Below, in pieces: positions 24,589-37,000 of a stretch of 64,000 bases of DNA (position 1 is its first letter; each line of letters starts with the position of its first letter). Origin of the DNA: Phaeosaccion multiseriatum. Its lineage: Eukaryota > Protista > Ochrophyta, other classes. The translations under genes were made by a program, and so were the position numbers. The DNA is taken from the NCBI GenBank assembly GCA_965112735.1, contig OZ218951.1, forward strand, positions 186,001 through 250,000. The letters are read 5' to 3'. The notes under the pieces are model-generated. The model made no database searches, was not told the origin of the DNA, and saw nothing but the letters and a program-made list of their open reading frames with translations.

Positions 24589-26458
24589 TCACAAGTGGAA
24601 ATGCTCGGGCACGGGCAGGAAGATGGACTGCCTCGCTCGCCCATCCACGGCCTTCGAGCGGTGCCCCTGCTCGCCAGGCCGGTTGGTGATACGGCCGCAG
24701 AGCCAGGGGGAGGTTAGGGGGGCAGCACTCGAGCACTACAAACGATATCGACATCGTCGACATTACACAACGAGTGCCTTGAAGTCTTGTTCCCCAACAA
24801 AGTTGACACAATACACATGGCTGATGATACCCCCCACCCCGTCCCATCTCCCCCTCCCCAGCCCCACGAAAGGCCTCCGGAGGCCTCCCCTTGTGCCTTC
24901 ACTTCACTTCCACTCACCTTGCCCCACACATCCTCGAGTAAGAACACCCCACCTCTCGGCACGACTCTTACTCTCGGCTCTCCGCTGCTCACCTCCAGCG
25001 ACACCGCGGCGGTGAGGTTCACCACAAACTGCCTTCGGGGGGCACAGTGCCAGTCAAATGCGTAGTTGCCTGCGTGGGAGGGAGGGAGGGAGGAAGGGGA
25101 GGGAGGGAGGGAGGGAGGGAGGGAGAGAGGGAGGGAGGGAGGGAGGGAGGGAGGGGGGGAGGGAGGGAGGGAGGGAGGGAGGGAGGGAGGGAGGGAGGGA
25201 GGGAGGGAGGGAGGGAGGGAGGGAGGGAGGGAGGGAGGGAGGGAGGGAGGGAGGGAGGAGTGAGTACGTGGGCGAATGAGGCAAGCCGGCGGGCAGCGCG
25301 AGGCACCGAACTCAAACATAGTATGACCAAGGAATGGTCATCCTAGCGAAGCGGCGCAAGCCAAGGCCAGGGACTCACACAGGGCGAGTCAGCGAGTCTC
25401 GCTCACTTCAGGGGCGCTCTCAACGGTCTGAAGGAGGCCTAATGGACTGAAACTGATACCTGGGGTGGTTCTAAACTGCATGCCTTGGCAAGGAAATATG
25501 CTGGACAACGCCCCGATGGCGTTCCCACTCTCTGCTTCCGAGAGGAGGGGAAGGCAGGCAGAGGGGTGGAACGAGAGGTGGGGCATAGAGAGTGAGAAAG
25601 AAAGAGGGGCATAAGAGGGAGGGTTGGGATGGCGTGTAGGCGTGCTTGGGACGGCCAGAGGGGAGGAGGCGCAGGAGACATGATACCCATAATACCCAAT
25701 GACCACCCTCAGCAACCCCTCAAGTCAGCAAGTCAGCAACCCAGTAAGTCAGCAAGTTAGCAACCCCCTAAGTCAGCAAGTCAGCAAGTCAGCAATCCCC
25801 TGTCCCCCCCTACCTGCTGCTTCGCCTTGGCCGCCCCCCGCCCGTCCCTTCCCTCCCACGGCGATGCGCTTGTCTGTGAAGAAGGTGTTCCCGTCCCCGT
25901 CAACGCTGATGCATGGCAGCACCCACCGCCCCTCTGAGTCCACTTCCACCCCCCCCTCTCCCCCCTCCTCCCCCGCCGCGTCTCGGGCCGCAGTGTCCTC
26001 TCTCCGCCTCTTCTCTCCCCGTGAGCTCCCGTCGGAGAGCGGCGAGAGTGACTGGGAAGATGGGTCTGCTGGCGGGTTGACGTAATGTAGAGTAGAGCAG
26101 GGCGGGGTAGGTAAGGGGGCGAGCAGCCAAAATACACGCTCCCAAGTTTCATATCCGAGATGTGAGGAGGAGAAGGTTCTCGACTTACCTACTGGCAAGG
26201 GCATGGCGGTGTGAGCGTCCCCTCTCTCTAGGCCCTCCAGCTGGGTCTATGCAGCAAAGCAGACACGCGCACACGCATTGGTAGGAGGAGAGGGTGGGTG
26301 GGGGAAACGAAGGGAAAAGAAGCGAAAGGGGGGGAACGGAGGCTCCATGTAGGCAGGAGCTAACGCCGTGTTTACGCTTCTGATTGACGGACGCCAAGCC
26401 CTTCCAGCCCCTCTTCCCTCCCATGGCGTCACGGGGATGGGGTGGTGCAGCAGCATCC

Positions 26459-26492
<34 letters not shown>

Positions 26493-26500
26493 CGTCGTCG

Positions 26501-26578
<78 letters not shown>

Positions 26579-27080
26579 CAAGTTACCTGTGCCTCCCACA
26601 GTAGCGCCATGTCTCGGGGGTGGAAGGCCACCTCCTCGCTCTCAAGCAGGTCCTCCTGATGAGAGAGAGAGGGGGAGCAGAGGAGGGGAGAACGGCGTAG
26701 AGGGGGGGAAGAGGGGAGCAGAGCAGAGCGGAGGGAGGGGGGTTAGTGAGCCACGCTGCGGCCAGCGGAGGGGCGGCAGGTAAGCGTGTTGGTGGAGGGA
26801 GGCAGAGGCGCCTTAACCTCACAATAGACACCTCCACACAGGACCGGGGCCCTACCTCGGTCAGGCGCAGGAACAAATGCCCGTCGATGCCGAAGAGCAG
26901 CAGTGCGTCCAAGGTCTCATCCCGCAGGGAGGGGAAGCGCGCCTTGAGCCATTGCATTAGGCTGCGCGTGCCCCAGCTGGACGGAGGAGAAGATTCGATG
27001 GGAGCTGCTGTTGCTGCGGGTTGGTTGGAGGATGCAGCACCCACAGAATCATCTCCAGTGTCGACAGCCATCTCCGACAT
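24589..27080 (-). CDS. SAM-like domain + bacterial-type cupin domain fusion, 7 exons
   Basis: N-terminus WGTRSLMQWL...LLLFGIDGHLFLRLTEEDL (SAM pattern). C-terminus ISVDGDGNTFF...MQFRTTPGNYAFDWHCAPRRQFVVNL...VFLLEDVWGKGHRSKAV (cupin). Exons splice in frame. Confidence 0.75.
25074..25260 (+). repeat. (GGGA)n microsatellite, intronic
   Basis: Seen directly in the sequence. Confidence 0.9.
26447..26578 (+). repeat. Compound (CAG)n(CAT)n microsatellite, intronic
   Basis: Follows the CAG|GTAACT donor of the SAM-cupin gene on the minus strand. Confidence 0.9.
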
Positions 27081-27265
27081 TGCAGCACAGTCCCTCCTTT
27101 CCTTCACAGGGGGTGAGGGGTGGGGATGAGGGGGCAACGTAAGGATTTTTGAATTCCTTGTTGTGTTGGTTCTTGAGCGTCGAGAGGATCACAGATGTAC
27201 CGCGCGCTCCACAATATAAACGCTCCACAAGCTCAGCCAAGTATAGAGGCCAGGTGCTGTCTATC

Positions 27266-30200
27266 ATGTGTCAGCCAAAGACTGATTCGAGCAGCTGGTG
27301 GACAGTTGTGCCCGTCAGCACCGAAAAGGCCCTGCGCGGGTACAAGTACAAAGGCCAGGACCTGTCTCTCGCCTATCGGTACTTCCTCTCCCCACTAGCA
27401 GAGAGATGCCTGGCCTTCATCCCGCGCTCCATGGCCCCCAATCTCATCACCTTCGTGGGGCTCTTGATCAGTTTGCTTGGGGCCACCACCTTCTGCGTCC
27501 TCTGCCCGGATTGGGTCTCCATGGACGCACCTAGGTTAGTGAAGGAGGAGGTAGGAGGACTTGAGGGACGGAGGGATGCCCATAGTCCTCCTCAGGCGCA
27601 AGCTGAGAGTCAGAACTAGGCTGAGAGTTAGGACCAGGATCGGGATCAATGAGCCGCCCAGAACAGACGACGCCTCTCCAGCCTCTTCCTTTGCCTCCCC
27701 GCGTAACATCTGCCAGCAGGCCAGCGACTTTTCTCATCTCATTGTCCTTGTTGCTTCCTTTCCCTCTCCAAGGTGGATGTTTCCCTTCATGGGCCTGTGT
27801 CTGTTCGTGTACCAGACGCTCGACAACATTGACGGGAAGCAAGCAAGGTAGGCGGAAGGTGCAGTCGGCAGGGCGGGGCACATGGGCTGCAACCGTCTCT
27901 TCTCGGGGGGTGTGTCGCTCGAATGTATGGCAGAGAAGGCGTGGTAGGCCAGAGAAGGGCAAAGGACACCTGGGCCGCAGGAAGCCAGAGAAGGGTAATA
28001 TACCTAAGCCGACCACGACCATATGAACATGAACACGAAGGAGAATATGATAAGACACGCCCGGCGCCTCGCCCTCTTCATCAGCGAGCAACAGAGCAGC
28101 AAGCGGCTTTCATCTTACCCCTTCAGAGTGCGTGACCAGACCGGCTCAGAGGTATGGCTCCAATTCCCCTCATCCTTCACCCCTCCTCGCCCAATTGTCC
28201 CCTCCCCGCCCCAGACGCACCGGCACCGGCAGCGCTTTGGGCCTGCTGTTCGACCACGGCTGCGACGCCATCAACGCCACCATCGGCCTGTTTATCCTCC
28301 TCGCCATCGCCGGTGAGAAATTGTGTAGAGCACCGAGGGGGGCAGAGTAGTATGATGGGCACATCGAAATTCGTCGACGACATGACCATGACATTGAGCC
28401 CCGAGTGCGTGCGTCTGTCTGTAGGGAAGACAGGGTGCGTGTCTGTCTGCTGCTCACTCACTCGTGCTGAGGATTCTTGCGCGGCTGATTGCAGACGATC
28501 CGCTCCTCCCCGCTCCCTACTCCTCCTACCCGCTCCTCCTCGGCCCCCTCTCCTCCACTGGGCGCCTGGGCATACGGGTATATGGGCATTTGGCCATTTG
28601 GGCATACGTGTGTATGTGCAGGCAACGCGGGCTTCTCCCTTGGGACAGTGGCGCTGTGCGTGGGAAACAACGTCGTGCCCTTCTTCTTCGCCACGTGGGA
28701 GCACTACTACACGTAAGTCACTAAGAGTCACCACGCCAGTATTGTACGGCAGTAGGCTCAGTGTCAGTATGTAAGCAGTACGGTGTATCATTTGTATGTG
28801 ATGACGTACATCTGTATGTCAGTGGAGGGAAGCAAGTCGTGCGGCCACTGTACTCAGAGGGAAGGAAGTACAAAGCAATGCGATATGTGGGTGGGTGGGT
28901 TTGACGACAGTGCCTGACCGGGCAAGGCAGACGCAGCAGCCCAGCAACAATGGCCTCACTGCCTGCCTGCCCGTATGCCTGCCTGTCCTTCCCTCAGCGA
29001 GGAGATGGTGCTTCCCCTAGTGAACGGCCCCTCCGAGGGGGTGCTCATCGGAGTCGCTCTCTCCATCATCACGTACTTCAAGGGCCCAGACCTCTGGCAG
29101 CAGGTTAGTATGATGTACCTACCCACCTCTCAGCCTACCTACCTACCTACCTACCATCAGCTGCTCTCACATCCTTGCTCCACCTCCTCAACACAAACCC
29201 CCCACCCACTCGTCCCCCCCGCCGGGTTGTGCTGCCCCCCCCCCCTGCAGGAGCTGGAGATACCCTCCTCTCTGCCCTTGGTGGGCGGTGTGTCCATGCC
29301 GCTGTGGCAGGCCATGTTGGGGGGGGTTTACTTGGGCATCTTCGCCACAGTAGCCGGGCAGGTCTGCGCCGTGCTGGCCAAGGAGAGGAGGAAGGGAGCT
29401 TCCCTGCTCAAGGTCAGTGCTCGCTCAGCGCCGCTATCGTACTGACACTACGGGATGGCAGTAGATGGACAGGGCTGGGGGGAAAGAGGGGCCACAGACA
29501 CTCACTGTCAAAACCAAGCTGCTGCTGCTGCTGCTGCTGCTGCTGCTACTGCTACTACTGCTGCTACTGCTGCTGTTACTACCACCGCTTGCACTGATTC
29601 CCTCCCTCCCTCCCTCCCTCCCTCCCTCCCCTGCCCGACCCGTACACCTCTACCCTGCCCCCCCCCCCCCCCCTGGGGTCTTAGCCGCTGGTGGACACCC
29701 TCCCTTTCTTCGTGCTCGTAGGCGGCTTAGCGGCCCTGCTCCTCTCTGACCCCTCCCTCTTCCCCACCCACCCCTACCTGAGTGTGGCCGTGATCGGCAG
29801 CCTCAGCACGGAGATGAACGTGGCCCTGATGCTTGCGCACATGACGGGGCGGAGCTTCTCCCCCTACCGCCTTGCCCTCGTACCGCTCCTCCTTGCTGCT
29901 GCCAACGCCACTCTGCTGGAAGATAAGGTGCGTGTGTGTGTGCGTGTGTGTATGTATGTGTGTGTGTGTGTGTGCGTACATTTGTGCGTGTGTGTATATG
30001 GGAGTGCAGTATCCCCGCCCCCCGAATCCCCCAGGGCCCCACCGTCCGCATCAGCACACGCACACACACACACACACACACATACATCACACACACAACA
30101 CACACATACATCACACACACACATACATCACACACACACAACACACACACCACACACACACACACCACACACAACACACTCAGGAGCCATGCTCTCGGTA

Positions 30201-30427
30201 GTCGGCGCCTCACATGGCTCACTCCTCCCTCTACCCCTCTCCCTCTCCCTCCCTCCCCACTCCTCCCCCTCCTCGCTGCGCAGGTGGTGTCCAACGCGAC
30301 AGCGCTCCAGGCTTGCAGCGCGTGTGCTGTGCTGCACACTTCTGTATATGTCATTAAAGTGGTGGTGGGGCTCAGGGACAGGCTGGGCATCTTCATCTTC
30401 TCTGTGGACAAGAGGAAGATGACATGA
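27266..30427 (+). CDS. Choline/ethanolamine phosphotransferase (CEPT1/AAPT family, CDP-alcohol phosphotransferase)
   Basis: YKYKGQDLSLAYRYFLSP...MAPNLIT; signature [40 protein letters not shown]; C-terminal KRKMT (KxKxx ER retrieval). Confidence 0.93.
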
Positions 30428-31273
30428 AGAGATGGAGAGAGAGAGAGATACACGGAGATGGCAGCAGATGGCTGAAGATGGCAGAAGATGGCATAGATGC
30501 GCGAGACTGCTGTGCCGATGAGGCGCTGTGGGGCTGAGGCGCTTTATATTATGCGCGGGCGCGGCTGGCGCTTGCTTTATGAACGGGCACGACCGACGTG
30601 TGCTTTCACACGATGTCAAGCCCGAGAGAAGGGAGGGAGAAACAGAGACATAGAGAGAGGCAGAGGCAAAGAGGGAGAAGGGGATGGACGGAGATTCGGA
30701 CATGTGAGAGGGAGGGAGTAGGGAAGAGCAATTAGTTAGAGCCATTAAGAGGTGGGCGCGCAATCTTCTGTTTGCGTACCCTAGAACTGCAAACAGACAT
30801 ACACCCTTTGGCTTTGGAATGGACCTCAAGCCGGGGGTTCAATTTGTACACTTTGTTCTGGCCTCAAGCCGGCCGCAAGCCTCCCCCCCCCCCCCCCAGG
30901 CTCACTATCACTACTTGCTGCGTGTCACTTTGTTCTAGTTTCAAGCTGGAGGCTCACAGCTTGGCTCTCCATTTGATTTTTGTTTAGAAAAGGCTAAGAT
31001 CTTGTTCACACCGAAGAGTCTAAGAGGGCAAGGGGGAGGCCGAACGCCGCAACCCCCCTTACAGTTTAATTTGATCTAATAATTTAATTGCACAAAACTA
31101 AATGAAAACGAGAGCACCAGTGTGGCGGTTGCAAGTGCATCTTCGCGTTGGATAATGTGAGGTAGAGAAGCTCTCGATAATGTGAGGTACACAAGCTCTC
31201 GCGGTGGGCGCATCAGAGAGATTCGAACCTCTCCAGGAGCTCTATTTTCGGAGCTCCGTCTCTCATCGGCTCT

Positions 31274-32248
31274 CTACAGCGCAAGTCCCGAGCTTGGGCC
31301 CTCCACACGCACGCACGCTCGCAGCGCCTTCCGCCCGCGCCTCTTCCTCTCGCTCGCCGTCACCATGCTCTCCTCCAGCACCGCCCACTCCTCCTCCTGC
31401 TGCTCATCGTCAGCATCATCACCCCCTCCTCCTCCTGAGCGATAGCGGTGGTAGGCAGACACAAAGTCTCCAACAATGCTCTCCACGCTGGCCCCCTTCC
31501 TCTTGGTACGGACCGCACAGTAGGGAAGTAGCCTCACCTTGCTCTGGTCCACAGTCACCACCACGCCATTCGACAGCTCTGTGTCTCGATGGCCCAAGCA
31601 GACCGTGGCAGCCTCAGCCCCACCACCCTCCAGCTCCCTCCACAGACCAGCGGGCAGCTGAACCTCGTCCCCGCCACGGAGCCCCAGCCTCGCGATCAAT
31701 CCTTCCGCACTCTCCTCCTCCCTGTCGTTCTCTTCATTGTCTTCTTCCTTGGTTGGAAGTCTTGCCCTCTTCCCTTCTCTCCCACGGATATCGGTCGCAG
31801 CTCGTCGCTTGGATCCAGGCGCACACTGAAGCCCCTCCTCCTGCTGCTTGGCTCTCTCTCGTCTCATTCGAGCATGCCCTTTGCACATCCCACCTAAGCC
31901 ATGCTGAGGGTGTTTGTTGCAGCCCCCTTCACTACACCTCTTCCTCACAGCTCCATGAGACGTACACAATCCTCCCTGCCTCGACTGCGTTTGACACCCC
32001 TCGACAGAACACCTCTTCCTCACAGCTCCATGAGACGCACCCAATCCTCCCTGGATACGCATCTTTTCACACCCCTCGACAGAACACCTCTTCCTCACAG
32101 CTCCATGAGACGCACACAATCCTCCCTGCCTCGAGTGCTTTTGACACCCCTCGACAGAACACCTCTTCAGCACAGCTCCATGAGACGCACACAATCCTCC
32201 CTGCCTCGACTGCTTTTGACACCCCTCAACTTTACACACTCCTGGCAT
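31274..32248 (-). CDS. Intronless protein with five C-x4-C-x9/10-C-x2-H (WRKY19-like) zinc-finger repeats
   Basis: Repeats such as CSVEGCQKHSRQGGLCASHG are encoded by 75-bp tandem DNA units (~31930-32230). One repeat lacks the third Cys. Confidence 0.8.
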   Translation of the reverse strand: MPGVCKVEGCQKQSRQGGLCASHGAVLKRCSVEGCQKHSRQGGLCASHGAVRKRCSVEGCEKMRIQGGLGASHGAVRKRCSVEGCQTQSRQGGLCTSHGAVRKRCSEGGCNKHPQHGLGGMCKGHARMRRERAKQQEEGLQCAPGSKRRAATDIRGREGKRARLPTKEEDNEENDREEESAEGLIARLGLRGGDEVQLPAGLWRELEGGGAEAATVCLGHRDTELSNGVVVTVDQSKVRLLPYCAVRTKRKGASVESIVGDFVSAYHRYRSGGGGGDDADDEQQEEEWAVLEESMVTASERKRRGRKALRACVRVEGPSSGLAL

Positions 32249-32407
32249 AGCTTCCCTCCAAGGCTCCAGTGGTGTCCTTGAAAGACTTGAACGCCTTGCT
32301 GTTGCTGCTGCTCCTGCCACTGCTTTTGTCACTGCTGCTACTTCCGTTGGGAGTCAAGATCGGCAACACCCTCTCGATTCTCCTCTTGACTTGAGCTAAA
32401 GGGAAGC

Positions 32408-32438
32408 CTCTCTTTATAAAGAGAGCCTGTTAATTAAC
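32408..32438. promoter_or_regulatory. Palindromic TATA-containing element upstream of the zinc-finger gene
   Basis: CTCTCTTTATAAAGAGAG (perfect 18-bp palindrome) followed by GTTAATTAAC. Confidence 0.4.
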
Positions 32439-33837
32439 GCCTTGCTGCTGCCGCCGCTGCTGCTGCCGGCTGCTAGAATTTGCGTCATAAAGGGGGGGAG
32501 GAGAAGGGAAAATGAAGGGGTTGAGCACTTACTCACTTACTTCTACTCAACGAGGTTGCAAAGGAAAGGAACAGGAGTTTCAGTTTGTTAGGCCTCCCCA
32601 TTTTGAGCCGAACTTTTCGACAATTAATCACAACACGATGCGCATGTTCAAACTCGCTAAAACAGTAGTTTGGGGTGAAGATGATATCTTTTACCTCAAA
32701 AAACAACAATGACAAGAGGCCCCTTGTGAAGTCAGTCAAGAGGGAGGGAGGCTCAAAACGAGGGTGTAGGTGCGTGAGTGCACGAAGGAACAGCTCCTCG
32801 AAAGGAGCAAGGAGAGCTTGCTGTTGCCCCCCAACCATGGCCGAGGGCCGATCTCAACAGGGCCACTGCGCCCCCAAGGAGGTGCCCAACCGGTGCATTC
32901 CTCCCTCCCTCCCTCCCTCCCTCCCTCCTCTGGCTGACTCTTCACGTGAGTCATTCCTCCCTCCGTTCGCTGCCGCTTCAATGCCCAATCCTCAATGGGG
33001 CGCATCCGAGACGGGACGGACGAACGCGCTCCCTCGACGTCATTACTCTCATTCCCACGGGCGGGGATGCTGACCAACGCCTCATCACCATATCAACAAC
33101 AGCACACAACAACAGCGTAAGCAGCTCAACCACACGGCGGGGGGCGATGTGGTGTGGCGGTGTGGTGTGCCTCCCCCTGTCCGGTGGCTCCCTCCCATAC
33201 AGAGCGTGGGGCGGAGTGTGTCAGGGAGGAAGGTGACTCCATGCTGTCAGGCTCAGGCATATGCCGCCGCTGTCTCTGCCGTCACCTGCCAGGCCACCCC
33301 TAGCAGCCAGGGTCCAGTGCCCGCAAGGGGAGGGAAGGGCCGGGACTCATGTGGGCCAACCCAACCCAACTCCGCTGTGCTGGCCCTTCCCTCCCTCGCT
33401 CGCTCTACTCTGGACGGATGCCCGCACGACCACAGATGCGGCTTCCACTGTCCGTCCAGCTGTTGGGCGTCCCTTCTGCCCTCCTTGCGCCATACGCCTC
33501 CACATGCCTCAAGCTGCTCAAGCTCCTCAAGCTGCTCTTCGCTGCTCCCTTGTGCGCTCTGTCGGGGTGTGTGGAGGAGCAAGCACGTAAGAGTGACAAG
33601 CCCCCCTGGGTCCCCAGAGCGGCTGCAGAGTGGCCGCTCCGGGGAAGAGGGGCGAAGCGAAGCGCAGCGAAGCGCAGCGAACATGCCCGCACATGCCCTT
33701 GGTGGGGGGGGAAGGCCCATGGGATCCCCCCCACCTAGGGCCCTCTTCGCATGTGCCTGCACCGCTAACTGCCATAAACCGCCATGGCCACCCGCCACAA
33801 TAACGACGCTGAATCACCAACTGCTGCACTCAAAAGC

Positions 33838-34026
33838 TCAAACAAGCTCAGCGTACTGCCCCCCCGTGCTTCTCCGCCTCAAGCGGCCCGCAGCCCTCCT
33901 TACCCCCAGCAGCACGAGCATCACTGCACACAGGCTGGCGACGACTAGCACGGGGCCGGACAGCGACTGATGAGAGGACTGTGAGGGTTCCCTCTTGCCT
34001 CTTCCGCGGTCACCAAGCTCTGCCTG

Positions 34027-34063
<37 letters not shown>

Positions 34064-37000
34064 GTCGCCAACTGCAGCTGCTCGTGCTGTGCTCCGCCCA
34101 GAGCGTCGCCTCCCGTTGAGTCGAGCTGACTCAGCCCATGCTTGTGTCCCTGCTCCTCCTCCTGCTCCTGCTCCTGCTCCTCCGTCTCCCCCCTGGGCAT
34201 GGCCTGAATCGAGAGTGAAGGCATCCCCCCTTCCCCTTCCACCGCATTCGGCTGCCCCTCCTCCACGCCCCCCACTTGCCGCACAAAGAAGCTCTCCCGC
34301 CCCTCCGAGTGGAACCTCTCGCTGTTGAGCTCCTCCCTCCACCTCCGAAGCACCTCCTTGTTGGCCTGCACGCGCGTGTCCCCAAAGCCCACCCCCTTCC
34401 ACATGGGGAGCGTGTCCCAGTTGCAGTTGATGTAGCTCAGCAGCCTCACGTCTCGGCGGTACACAAACTCGAACAGCGTCTCGAACCAGGTGTCCCACGT
34501 GTCGTTGCCGCTGCCGCTAAACTCCGAACCATCTGCTCCCCCTGTTGCTGAGGAGATCCCCCCCATTGGCGTAGCCTCAGCGATCATGAGCTTCTTGCCC
34601 CTCTCCTGCGCAAAGTCCGCCACGGCCTCCACGTAGCCCATAGGACTGGACATGGAGTAGCCGAACACGCCTGCCGCAGGGGGGACAGCAACCGTCCCCG
34701 GAGGGCCGCCAGCGAAGGGCCCCGGGGGGGCGACCCCTTCCTTGTCCAGCTGCGGCAAGGCCCCTTCCCCTTCCCCGAGGATTACGTGGGGCATTACGTA
34801 AGGCAGGCCTTCTGCTGCGCCTTGTGGGGCTGTGGGTGCGTGTGCGTGTGTCTGTGTCTGTCCCTCACCCTCCTCTCCCTCCGTGTCATCCCCATTCCCT
34901 GCTAGACTCTGAGGTCGGATCGCCAGCTGCTCACCCCCTTTCTGCTGCGTTTCACCCTTGTTTGGGGCGCATCACGACGAAGAAACAGACACACAAACAG
35001 AGAGAGACACAACCGGGGAAGGGGGGGTGCGAGGGGGGAAGAGAGTGCGCGGAGAGACCAAGTGAGAAAGAGCTCAGCGGCAGCAACCCTAACCCTAGCG
35101 TTACAGAAAGAGCTCAGCGGCAGCAACCCTAACCCTAGCGTTACAGAAAGAGCTCAGCGGCAGCAACCCTAACCCTAGCGTTACAGAAAGAGCTCAGCGG
35201 CAGCAACCCTAACCCTAGCGTGACTCTCCTCGCGTTGCATCCCCTCCCTCTCTCCCTCCCTTCCTCCCTCCCCCCCTCCCTCACTCACTCACTCACTCAC
35301 CTGCTTCTCCCTGAAGGGCTGGTCGAAGAGCGACACCCCAACCCAATCCACGTACTCGTCCCCGGGGTACCACTTCGACAAGGGGTGCTTCAGGTACGTG
35401 TCTTGGCTGACAGGGGGGCAGAGGGGGGGGGGGCAAAGGGGGGTGAGGCAAAGTGTCTTGTCTGAGGCAGAGGCGAACAGGAAAAGGCCGAGGGGGGTGG
35501 GGGTGGGCCAAGCCATGCCCGTGGAGCAACAGACAGGTGATTCAGTGATTCGGCGCTGCCATCGGCTGCCATCGGCTGCCGTCAGCTTGTGCTCGTGGGG
35601 GTGCTGTGTCCCCCCTTCCCTCCTTCTTTCCCTCCCTCCCTCCCTCCCTCCCCCAAGCCCCACCTCCTACTTCATGAAGCAAGCTTCACGCCTCACGCCA
35701 CTCAAGTCACTCACCCCCAGGAGTGCCACACGAATTGCACCTTCCCGTTCCCCTTGCGGCCCCTGCTTCCGCCTTCTGCCCTGAGCTCAGATAGAGAGAG
35801 ATAGGAGGGTGGGTACAGCAGGGGGGGGGTGGAAGGGGTAAGCACTCCGAGGAATTGCAGCGCCGGAGCATAGCGGAATGGGATGGCAGTCGAAGGGAAC
35901 GGCGCTCTCCAGAGGTGCTCTCCAGAGGTGCACACGCTTACGTAAGCCTACTTACCTAAACACGTCAGATGCCGGCGAGGGTCGAGCCCTCATTCTGCAC
36001 GTAAAAAGGACGTGCACAAGAGGGGAGAACAGTCAGATTCTTTGAGATGGAAAGGAGAACTGGGGGCGGGGGGGGGGTTCAGACGCAATGAGAGGGAAGG
36101 AGATCATCCCCACCCAAAGTCTCGGCCCATCCGTGTTCATGGGCTCTCTCGCTGTCCCGCCCCACCCACCCCACCGACCTGTCTACGATGTAGATGAAGG
36201 CCTCTTTGAAGTCGAGGGGCTCCAGCGCGTTGGACGGATTGTCGAACTCTGCAGCAGGGAGAGGGAGAGGGAGAGGGGACACGAGGGATAGAGTCAGTCA
36301 GTCTGTCAGTCACGCAAGTAGGCAGTCATCAACTGTATAGAACAAGAGACAGCAGACTGGGACAGAGCGAGGAGCTTGCTGACGGGTTCAAGGCCGAACA
36401 TCCCTTGCTGACGGGTCAGAGATGGAACATTCCATTGAGGAGGGCGGGAAATGCGCAGCCTCTGCCCAGGCTCTCATTGGTATCGACAGACGTGTGTGTG
36501 TGCGTGTGCGTGTATGTGTGTGTATGTGTGTGTGTGTGTGTGCGCGTGACTCACCATAGCCCAGCCTGAGGTACACGGTGGGGGCTGCGCTGCTCTCCAG
36601 CACTTGAGCCAGAGCGTCGATGTTCTTGTCGAAGGCCCCTCTGCAGGCAGGCAGGGAGGGATGGACAGAGAGTATGGCGGACAAGTAGGGGGTAGAACGG
36701 AGACAGTAGGGGGTATGGCGGAGAGAGAGGAGGGCATAGGGTGAGACACCATGTGCCATGGCCATCCGAGGAATGATCTTGTTGGAGGTTCGAAAGCCTA
36801 CAAGCCTCCTCCGTCGTGGGGAGAGGGCTCACATATGGGGAGGGGGCTCATATTAAGCCTCCGCCCCATGTGGCAACCTCGGTGCCTGTCTGGTAGTCCA
36901 TACAGCTGCAGCTGCCCCAGCACCAACCTCAGTGCCTACCTGATCGTCTCCTCGAGCAGTCCATTCATCCACACTCCGAGCTGAATGCTCTTGCCCGGGA

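Noticed and set aside
26247-26783. Poly-Met/His/Asp/Gln ORFs
   Set aside because: (CAT)n/(CAG)n tract in a SAM-cupin intron.
27266-30427. Selenoprotein-I-like TGA recoding in CEPT
   Set aside because: The TGA follows a KxKxx terminus and no SECIS element is evident.
31203-31290. GGTTCGAATC B-box on the minus strand suggesting a tRNA/SINE
   Set aside because: No T-stem or cloverleaf pairing and no A-box found.
32675-33970. ORFs between the zinc-finger gene and the GH26 3' end
   Set aside because: No recognisable motifs or consistent exon chain; probably UTR/intergenic, though a small gene cannot be excluded.
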